DNA from: Takakia lepidozioides
Lineage: Eukaryota > Plantae > Bryophyta
Assembly: GCA_030704615.1 (NCBI GenBank)
Contig: CM060733.1
Coordinates: 12,710,001-12,774,000 of the forward strand
DNA: 64,000 nucleotides
Reading direction: 5' to 3'
The position numbers were made by a program, and so were the translations under genes. Below the pieces are notes generated by a model that saw only the letters and a list, made by a program, of their open reading frames with translations, had not been told where the DNA came from and searched no databases. Positions 1-9,438 of this stretch are shown one piece after another. Each line of letters begins with the position of its first letter. Position 1 is the stretch's first letter.

Positions 1-1570
1 ATGGCTGTTTTCACACCGTTCTTGCCTGGGGTGTGGACCACATGTGAGACACCCCACAGTTAGGGCATATTTAGACCCACACCTTGGCTCAGTGTACAGA
101 CCCGTGATAAAAGCCGTGGAATGTGCCAGGTGTGAGATGGCAGAGCCGTGGAAAAAGCCGGTTTCTCTTTTAGTGTGTGCAGACATTGGTGTTTGAGGCA
201 TATTGTTTTGTGAAGAGAGGGTCTACGTTCAAATTCCGCAACGACGGTCGTCTTGTTGATGCCGCTGTGAACCCTGTTACCTACGATGTCCTCTACAACT
301 ATGTGCCCCACTCCAGTATGCCGAAGGACACAAAGACAGGCAAACCGTGGCGGTACAGCCGGACCCGGAGCCTGCTTTCATCCAAACCCTCATGGAGACG
401 TGCTCGGATGTCCAAGGGCAGATTCTTGACCTCACATGTGGCACGAGTAAGCCTTCACGTGCACATTTTGTCCCCTGGCCCGATTGCAATTGTATGCCGC
501 ATGCTACTAACCGCCCGCTTTGTCCCTCAGGTGCTTCAATGTGGGCAGGGACGTTGTCCGATAGGCATGTCTTCGCCTTCGAGCCAGATACTGCCCTCCA
601 CAACTCCGAACTTGCAAAGATTGAACGTCTGCCGAAAGAGGAAGAGGCATCCTTGGAGGATGAGGAAGAATCCGACAAGGAGCAGGGGGAGGTACAAGTT
701 GGGATCGAGACCGAGGAGCCCCCGGTTTACGAGTGAGTGGTTGCATTGTAAGTTGCCTCCTGATTTTGTGAGGCACCTCCCTTCGCTCTCTTATTTCATT
801 GAAAGACCTTTTTTTGCTTCTGCTGATATTGACATTTTTAAAGTGGATTTGTTCTTACTGCAGGATGTCAAGTACTGCAAGAGGGACGTCTACACCGCAG
901 TTCATGGGCAGGAGGAACGTGCCTTTTTTTGCCAGGGGGGATTTCATGCCTAGTCCAGAAAGGGACTACATCCTTCCTACTTATGCTGCCCGGCTTGCTT
1001 CGGTGTCCATTAGGAGGTCTTCCAAACCTAGTTGTGTACAACAGATTTTAGACGAGGCAAGCCTCAAGAAAATGAAGATGAGGGAGGAGGCAACAGCTAT
1101 TAGAGCCCGTCAGGCTCGTAGATTTGTCTTGGATTCTGCTGAGGAAAGTGGGGGAGAAGAGGCAGAAGATTCCCAGGAGGTGAGGTGGACAGTCCCCCAA
1201 GGAGAGGACGGAATTTTTGAGAGGCATAGTGGAACTGATGCATCACAGAGCTCGGAGGATGGGGGGGATGAGGGGGATGAGGAGGAAGGCAGGGCAAGTT
1301 CCTCGGAGGGTGTATGAGAGTAGTGCCCATTCCGGCTATGACAGTTACGACACACTTGTATGATGTGGCTTGCCACAAAATTTGCAATAAAATGTTGCAT
1401 TTCATTTCTATGACGAGTCCACTGGTGCCAAATTCCAACTTGATATGACCCTATTTCCGTGCCTCCTAACCCTATTTCCGTGGACACACAATGGTCCGCT
1501 CATGTTTTTTTTTTTTTTTTTTTTTTTTTTCCCGCTCATGCTCATGCCGCTCATGAAATAGCAACCCCCG
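1..1570 (+). mobile_element. Right end of a Mutator-like element (element A) carrying a methyltransferase-like gene; runs off the window start
   Basis: Terminal motif gctcatgctcatgccgctcatgaaatagcaacccccg (1534-1570) is the reverse complement of the motif at 5978-6016 and related to both ends of the TSD-bounded element at 48026-55291; subterminal ccctatttccgtg repeats near 1449 and 1470. Confidence 0.65.
183..1317 (+). pseudogene. Spliced C-terminal part of a beta-class DNA amino-methyltransferase-like (N4C/N6A) gene with acidic tail
   Basis: After one 1-bp frameshift near 368 and removal of intron 447-530 (GTAAG donor, TACTAAC branch point, CAG acceptor) it reads KPWRYSRTR-EPAFIQTLMETCSDVQGQILDLTCGT-SASMWAGTLSDRHVFAFEPD, matching the KP..L...LI...S..G..VLD.F.GSG.T..A...L.R..IG.E SAM-binding half of beta-class MTases. 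Further probable intron about 733-863. Catalytic (D/S)PPY motif not visible in window. Confidence 0.7.
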
Positions 1571-3864
1571 GCTGAAGCACCCTTGAGTACCCAAGGCACT
1601 CAAGGAGGCGGAGGCGCTCACTAGGTGGAGCCCCGCACACCGGGTTGCGGTGGGGTGGGTCCACGAGGGGTGGTGGTAGCTTAGTGGGTCTTAGTGGGTC
1701 TTAGTGGGGGTGGCATAGGACTCACCATGGGGCGGAGACCTTGTGGTGGGAGTCATGGGGAGTCTTGGGACTCATCACGGTCCAATGGGGCTGTGGTGGG
1801 TGGGCCAAGACTCACCGCGACTCATCACCGGGAATCGAGGGTCTTCGTGGTGGTTCGCCATAAAAATGGCATGGTTGTTTGTGAAACCCCCGCGGACAAT
1901 CACAGAAGTATATATAGGGAGTAGTAACCCCGAGAACGGTGCAAGCCCGTTGGTGACCAAAAACTAGTGAGTAAGCGAGCGAGCCGGAAAGCGACCAAGG
2001 AGTGGGGAGCTATTCCGGACTGCCATCTACCAAAGGGAATCTCCACTAGGCCCAAATTGGTGGAGGGTCTTTTGGAAGAGTAAAGGGGGACCATTATGTC
2101 CCGGTGTGCAGCCGAAGCTCCGAGTTGGCCCGGCGGCCAGGTTGGGAGTTAGGCGGGCGCATCAAAGCAAGTAACTATGACTTGAAGGGGAGCTTACCGA
2201 AGTGAGGTGCGCGCACGACAGGTATCGCCCCCTTACGCCGAGGATATTTGAAGTCAAGTACCCGGCCGCTGGGGGGGGGCTTGGGCCAAGGAACGACCAT
2301 TGTTATTAGATCTCGGGAATTACCTAGAGGTTTGATTTGTTATCATTCACCCGATGGACTGACCATCGAGGTTGAATTTTGGATCGCTCTAAGTAGGAGA
2401 GACTGACTTGGGAAAGCGGATCCGGTCCCTTCCTAGGAGGTGGACACTTATCCACCTCGAGATTTAGGGGGGGGCATTGGGCGGGAGATAGATGATCCCC
2501 GTCTCCCTGGGCTCGGGATTTGTTTTGTGAAGGGATTTGAAGGTTCGTCCCGGCTATAAGCGTGTTGGGAGTCCAGGCATGTAGGAAGTAGTAATAAACA
2601 AAAACTTGGAAGGCAATTACGATTAAAGACGTAGAAAACCCATAAACAAAACGTAGGACTAGGAAACGCAAATCATCCTGTGAAGTGGAGTTGTTTAGCT
2701 TTGCTTTGCCGGTAGGAAGTTAAACTGTTTAGATCCGTCCATAGCTGCCACGGACCCCTGCACTTACCGCAGCCGGGTAGTCGGTTCGTTGAGCCCAACC
2801 TACACCGCAACTTGCCACGACCCCCTAGGCTAGTATGCTGTCACCCTGGCCGCGCGCGACCAGGGCTCGTCAGCCACTCATTCACATTCACAGTGATGCA
2901 AAATATGTGTAGACAAAAAGACCCAGCGGGTAGTTCAGGGCACCCAAAAACGAGCGGCGTTCGCTATACCGCAATCTGCAAATGCACTGGCCTACTCAGA
3001 ATCATGGCACATTGTGTGCGCAATGACTCTCAGTAAATTCACCTATGCATTTGATCCTCTTAGTGGTCTCCATCATATGTAAGGTTTTAGAAATTCAGTC
3101 TTCAACGTACATGCAGAAGAAGCATGTACGCATCAAAGTTGGAAACAATCAGTAGCTAGAGAAACAGAATACCTCTCTTAATGTCAACAATTCACCCAAT
3201 GCTACTCCTTCGACCAAGTGCATCCTAATTTCTACCGATTCTTGCTATCCTAGTTGCAAGTGCTGGGATAGGAGATTACATAATCCCTTCACACACAAGA
3301 GCAACAACAAACTTCATGACTGACATCCTGTCACAACTCCTCTATAGGGAGAACCCAATTGGACAGGGAAGCTTAGTGATATGGTACCACGCCGCGTAGC
3401 CATATAGGTAGGGGTACCAACGCCCACAGGCGTCCAGCCTTTTGTTGCAAGCAGATAGATAGAAAAATTGAGGCACGGCCTCCCTTCTGTGAATGCCGCT
3501 GGTTCCAAGCCAGTGAAGCACAATTAAACAAGCCTCTCCGCATGACGGCTAATTCGCTGTGCTTCTGCCTACTCTGCAGCATACTGAATTGACTGCTCCC
3601 TCCGAAGGCGCTCCTTGCTGCGGTGTCATTGAGCTGTGTGTGCACTTCTCCTGAAGCGGGATCGCATGGTAGTCGTGTGATGATGGGGCGAGTTGGCCCA
3701 CAACGATGACCACAGCAAATGCGTTTGCATGCTAACCGTGTGATGCAAGGGCGACTTGCCAAATGACGAAGTGAACAAGGACGACGTAGACATTGCAAAG
3801 AAGCAAGAGCGATGAAGAGCGAGCAAGAGCAAACAGAATGAAAGGCAAGTGGAGCGAAGTGGAG

Positions 3865-3893
3865 ATATAATTTACGCTCCCGCCAAATTCAAA
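3865..3893 (-). promoter_or_regulatory. Putative E2F site with adjacent TTTGAA element and TATA-like motif
   Basis: Minus strand reads TTTGAATTTGGCGGGAGCGTAAATTATAT; TTTGGCGG fits the plant E2F consensus WTTSSCSS; lies downstream of the CACTA transposase remnant. Confidence 0.3.
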
Positions 3894-4534
3894 TGCAGTG
3901 GCAAAACGGGGGCACCGTTGTGAGCCTGACTATCAATGCATCATCAAACTGCCATGGACTGCAAGTTTAGGGGGGTGGGAAACAGAAGGGAAAAAATTCC
4001 GAGTCGGGCTAACCATCTGCCAGCCTTCCTGACAAGGCAAACTGACCACCTTGCATGTCCACAATTCCATGTTTAGGCCACAGAATAGGCTACTGGTTAC
4101 AAGCCTAACGCTGGATTACAGCCAGTGCTCGCCATGGGTATGACTTGTGCACAAAGACGAATTACGACTATGTGAGTGTAGCATGCATGATGCAACAAAG
4201 TAAGAAATTGCAGATTGCTTCTTGTGAAAATTGAAGTGGAGTGGGTACTTCTGCAAAGCCTCCATACTGGTGGCATCGTGACATGGAAACATCATCCGAC
4301 AAAAATGAGGGGAATGGGTAAGGGTTCTTCTAAGCAATAGCACAAAATAGCACAAGCCATGGTGGTGGCTCTGCCTGAAGTTCAAACCAGCATTAACAGT
4401 CATGGTAAAGGCGTGCTAGTCATAGTGCAGCCTGCAAGAAATCTTAGCCCCTGTACACTACAGGTGAACTTCACTACCACCCATGGACCTCTTGAAATCT
4501 GGATAGCAGTGAACAAGCATGCTGTCCTAATGCA

Positions 4535-5563
4535 TTACAAATCGACGTTAGGCAGCTCGTCCTCGCTGTCATCTTCTTCCTCATCAGTACTGTCATTCTC
4601 CACCACAATGGGTGCCTCGTTGTGCACATCCCTGTATAGTGAGGCAAGAACTTCGGGAGTCACTTCAATTGTCTGGCCCAAATTCGAGCCTGCAACATGT
4701 GTCTCTTCGACTCGTTCAGGGGCTAAGAGGCCTTCCACACTACGAAGATCATCGTTACCAATTGACACATCACAAACCACCCGAGAAGATCTGGGGCTTT
4801 TCTCAAGGACCACATTCCACCGAGGTTCATGAACACAAGTGCTGAAAAATACCTGCTCCACTTGTGACAGCAGCACGAATGGCTGCTCTTGTGGAGCCAA
4901 CATTTGGGAGAAATTCACCAATGTGAACCCACAATCATCTTGCTTCATGGATGCAGGCTGATTGCGGCTCCCCTTCTTTGCCCGAACCCACGAACACAAC
5001 ATCACAATGGGTCTTGTCTTCCCATAGTCAATTTCCAATATCTCCCTAATGACACCCACGTATCGCAGGCTTTCTACCACCTCCTCTCCTGCACTGTTTG
5101 TAGATACATGGTGGAAAATAGATGACACCCCTGAGTCATATGACACTCTACTTGTGCCAATATTGGTTGAAGACACCCTGTAGTGGTTTCCATAAGCTGA
5201 CATGCTATTGTATGAAGTTGCAATGATCGAGGGAGGCCTGCATAAGTCCAACATTTGGCAATACATGGGATCAGATTCGGAATTGAGAATCCTTGCCACA
5301 TGTGAGCGCACAACATCAACCAGCCAGTCTGCATATTCACGCAATGACAAAAACCTACCATATCAGACTTGCAAGATGTCTATGAGCATTCAAAAACCAC
5401 CTAGGCAGAGAGAGACCCTCTCATTTTGTACAAGGCACTCTCTTTTCTTCTTTCATGCATGCCTTCTCCTGTCCCATAAGCTCTTTGAGCTTTCCAAGGA
5501 CGTTGTAAAGTATCCTGACATTTGGGTCAAATGCAAGTGCCAGCTGAAATACCAAATACCTTA
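4535..5563 (-). pseudogene. CACTA/EnSpm transposase (TnpD-like) C-terminal remnant, DUF4216-like
   Basis: YDSGV...YVGVIREILEIDYG...VMLCSWV...DDCGFTLVNF...EQPFVLLSQVEQVFF...WNVVL pattern typical of the CACTA transposase C-terminus; termini not found. Confidence 0.75.
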
Positions 5564-6346
5564 AGATGATAAAGAATACAGAAGAATTAAATCAATCAGT
5601 AAACCAATCAACCATCAATCAGTCAGTAAACCAATCAATCAAGAAATAAATAAAATTGCAGGTCTGGTTGAAGAATTGATGTCACATATCGTACTGTTGA
5701 AGTACCTTAGCAATAGTTTGTGCTAGGGGGTGTGATCAATAACTTACCAGATGTGCCTCCACAGAGGCTTTCCACCACGACCAGTTTTTGATGGTTCCAT
5801 TTTCTGCAGAGCCTTTCGTAGTACACAACCAGGCTCGTGGCGCCAGATTTCAGAGAGGAGCACACGAATTTGCCTTCTTCATATTGGCTAATACGGTGCT
5901 GAAATTTGGGGTTGACTAGTACGCAACAAGCTTGGTCCATTGCCCTTCGTCCACATACAAAGGTTTGCCCTCCCCTACGAGGTTTGCTATTTCATGAGCA
6001 TGAGCGGCATGAGCGGAGTAGTAAGACAATCGGTTTTCATGAGCAGAAGTACAAATTTCGAAAATAAAAAACAATAAAAAAACAATAATTTAATGCAATG
6101 TGTCAGGAAAAACAAATATATTATTCGGCCCCTTGAAGGGAAAATTGCAGTTTTGACAGTTGTGCTCATGATATTTCGTCTTCCGCTCATGCCAATTCCC
6201 AGCGACATGTGCAAATATGGCGCCGAATTTCGCGGTAGGTAAAGGGTCCGTAACCTGAAAAAAACGGCGACGTATTTCGCGGTAATAGGTCTCTCTGGCG
6301 AAAAATGGTGCCGAATTCCGCGGCTATAGGTCCCCTCGTGACAGGT

Positions 6347-6655
6347 AATTCGGCGCCATTTTTCCAGTGCATGTTCGGACTTAGCCAGTTTTCGGCGCAA
6401 AATAGGGAAATTCGGCGCCATTTTTCCAGACACTGTACCAGTGCATGTTGGGACTTAGCCAGTTTTCGGCCCAAAAAAGAGAAATTCGGCGCCATTTTTC
6501 CAGACACGGTACTAGTGCATGTTGGGATTAGCCAGTTTTCGGCCCCAAAAAGAGAAATTCGGCGCCATTTCCCAGACACAGGTAACCGTGCATGTTGGGA
6601 CTTAGCCAGTTTTCGGCCCCAAAAAAGAGAAATCTCGGCGCCATTTTTCCAGAAA
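6347..6655. repeat. Subterminal tandem array, ~74 bp period, ~4.3 copies, GGCGCC core
   Basis: Units aattcggcgccatttttccagacac...gtgcatgttgggacttagccagttttcggcccaaaaaaga with cores near 6349, 6411, 6485, 6558, 6634; inverted core copies at about 6214 and 6301. Confidence 0.9.
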
Positions 6656-6809
6656 ATGGCCCACAACTGCTTCTGTTGGATCTCAGTTTTGAATGGAATA
6701 TTGCCTCATTCCAGGAGTTTTGGGGTTGCATTTCATTACACTGCAAAAAAAAGTCTGATACATGAAAATGCAATTGAAAATATCCATATGGAGGATTCCC
6801 TTTGCCCCA

Positions 6810-9020
6810 TCAATGATTTCTGGAATCCCTAAGGAGGAGTGGCAGCTCGTTCACGCTCAACGCCGGTGCATGAATAAAGTCATCAATAGTCACGTTCATC
6901 CTCAACCTCTTCAGGTAAATGTAATACAGATGCTTGCACGGATAATACTTCGAACCCTTCTTTGCTTCCATCAACGAGAAGTCCGTACAATTGCAAGTCG
7001 GCTCCACTCCAATCGTAATTGTGTATACATCGTCGCGTACAGCCGAGCGGCCGTTGCCATCGATACACACGCCCAAGGCCGGGTGGGGGTACGTCCACGG
7101 AGCTCTGAATAGTGCAAGCCATCCCAAGAGCATTGGCAATCCGAGTCTCATTCAACTTGTTGGGAGGGTGTCGTCTCTTCACTCTTCCGAATCGCATTGT
7201 GGGATGTGCAGAATTGTCCAATCCGTCTCTACTGGACCGAGCAGTCTGCAATGGCTGGGTATGAGGAACCGGAAATGCGTGGGCCGGGATGTCTGTGCGT
7301 TGCACCATTCGAAATCCTGCTGCAGATAGAGCATCCGCCTCATTCTGAAAGAGGTTGTAACCCGGTGCAACAGGCCAGACGCCCGGAGCTCCGGCATTCC
7401 CTGAATCCCGTACTTGGGCTTGCCAAATACACAGGTCATTATGTCGTGCCTACAGAACCAAAATGTCTGCGTTGTGCGTGAGCAAATGTGGGAGTCAAAA
7501 ATCTGCCGCTGAAACAAGGTGCAGGTACAGCATTGTGTGGGTTCCTCCGAATCATCTCACCACAGCGTGCTCTCGTAATCCACCCGGATGGCGCAGCACT
7601 TCCCTCGAAATGCCGGCAATGTCCTCGCAATTCTCCACTATGACTCCGACACTCTTGTCTCTACAATGGGAATGTTGTACTGCATTACTACAGATGGCTC
7701 GTTATGTTGCCGGGGCACGCGCCCTGTGCTCAAAGGAGATGGCGATCTTGAACGTGCAGGACTTGCGGTGCTCGACAAGACCTCCTCGGCAACATCACCG
7801 ACACGAGGGAGCGTGCGAATATTCTTGTCAGCTCGCCATGAATCCTCTTCTCCGCCAGGTGCCTCGTCAAGTCTTTCGTCTCACCGGACGGGTATGAACA
7901 TCTCCTTCCAAATGTTGGCCTCTCGCAGCAATGAGCAATGGCGTGTCCCGAAGACCCTCTCGCAAGGCCGCCGCCCACTTCCGAGGATTCTTCGATCTAG
8001 AGGCAGTCCGCATCAACATTTCCTGCCTGTCCGGCCCCAAACCCCACTATTTCCCTTTCAAGAACTCGTTGTACCTGCATTGCTGCATAATGACCTCACA
8101 ATGTCCTCCATTGTGGCAGTGAGGATGTCCACCAGATGCGCCGCAGAGGAGGCACGCCAGGAAGAGTGCACTGATTCGGCCATGTTTGTCGTGTGCATGG
8201 CGGTGTCGGAGTCGAGACACATTTCCTGCACAAGCACATGTTGAGGTTACAAGCAAGTTACCAAATATGGCCAAGAATAATATTCAACGGGACACGAATT
8301 CGTGCAACTCACCTCCCGCATATAGTCGCCGAACTGGAGGAAATGATAATGCCACCATGCTAGCCAACTGACATTGCCCCTCGTCCGATTTCCTTACAGC
8401 ACCTGACGATGTCCACCAAGCCCGTTACATGTAAACTGTGTCTCTGCATCATCCAAGGTGGGAGCGCGCTTCCACGCAAGCAGGCACATGGAACGGTGCT
8501 CCTCTCTGAAATCTGGCGCCACGAGCCTGGTTGTGTACTGCGAAAGGCTCTGCAGAAAATGGAACCCACAAGATCTCTCTTGCCTTCCATGGGAACATTG
8601 GGGTCTTGCTCGTACACCCTTCGGATGGCAGCCCAATTTGCTTGTGCGTTGTCCGCCATGAACCACGGAATTCGGGGGGGGCAATCCTGCCTTGGCCATC
8701 TGTTCGTTTATTCCCTGCCAAATAAGCATCTCTGATTGTGTGTCCTCTCCTTTCATCTCACAAATAGCAATTGTCATTAGCATCTTTCAGTGGGTGTCGT
8801 AGACATGTGCACCCTGTGTCACCCACTGGTGATTTGTAATTCGCTTGATATGGTCGAACATGACCCAACTGTTTGACAAGTCCACACTCGTCATCTTGTC
8901 GACCAGTTCGACGTCGCTGCCAGGTCCACACGTGGACATTTTGAATACGAAACCACGATCTGCCTCAGTCCCTTGTCCTGGAAACCTACTTCCATGAATG
9001 TTGCATTTGTCATGAGCTGA
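6810..9020 (-). pseudogene. Mutator-type DDE transposase with C-terminal SWIM zinc finger (frameshifted, one stop, probable intron)
   Basis: In order on minus strand: WVMFDHIKR (D1), MADNAQANW (D2), RSCGFHFLQSL (MULE CxxH), TNMAESVHSSW (E), then YTITIGVEPTCNCTDF...PCKHLYYI (SWIM CxC..CxH). Confidence 0.8.
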
Positions 9021-9043
9021 TGCTTTGGAGGTTGAGTTTTCAG

Positions 9044-9150
9044 GTGGGCAAACCAGTTTTTGATCAGTATTGGGACAATGTGGGAGATATTGATTACTAC
9101 CATAGTCATGCCATGATATCTGACGAGACCTATGAAGGACTTCAAAAAAA
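9044..9150 (+). pseudogene. Orphan exon fragment of a serine carboxypeptidase-like (SCPL, S10) gene
   Basis: Splice acceptor ttttcag followed by VGKPVFDQYWDNVGDIDYYHSHAMISDETYEGLQK, matching the SCPL VGN..D...D..G..DY..SHA.ISDETY motif. Confidence 0.75.
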
Positions 9151-9438
9151 GTCTCCGATCATTGTGTCTGGCCCAGTCATTGCCCAAATATTCTTGACTC
9201 TTGCATATACTTGATACTCGGGAACGTAAGGAGATGGGAGTGTTTGAGGCAGTAACCATTGCAATTGTAGAGCAGGGCTCTTCACATAGTGAGGGTGGAT
9301 TGGCAGGGCAACACCAGTCTAAGAGACAGAAGCGGGGTATGACTGTAGTGGCGGATCCACTGGCTTCACGGAAACCGCAAGATGATGTTTCCCAAGCTCT
9401 GGTGCAGGATGGGGCACAGCAGCACAGAGGGCTGTTAC
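9148..9438 (+). mobile_element. Fragment of the Gypsy extra ORF from a diverged subfamily
   Basis: KSPIIVSGPVIAQI...ERKEMGVFE...QGSSHSEGGLA homologous to 15505-15800 with many substitutions. Confidence 0.85.

Larger units (their letters stand above)
5978..9020 (-). mobile_element. Truncated Mutator-like element (element B): terminus, subterminal repeat array and transposase
   Basis: Terminus cgaggtttgctatttcatgagcatgagcggcatgagcgg at 5978; transposase 3' end points toward this terminus; broken at about 9020. Confidence 0.7.

Noticed and set aside
183-1317. Bacterial contamination as source of MTase-like and ParB-like genes
   Set aside because: Both have spliceosomal introns and are embedded among plant retrotransposons.
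1680-1710. Telomere-like repeat (ttagtgggtc x2-3)
   Set aside because: Too short and not the TTTAGGG or TTAGGG unit.
2170-2185. LSU rRNA fragment (agtaactatgact)
   Set aside because: Only a ~13-nt match with no flanking rRNA similarity.
1570-5978. Single element bounded by the inverted motifs at 1570 and 5978
   Set aside because: The motifs face outward, so they are ends of two different elements, and the flanks share no TSD.
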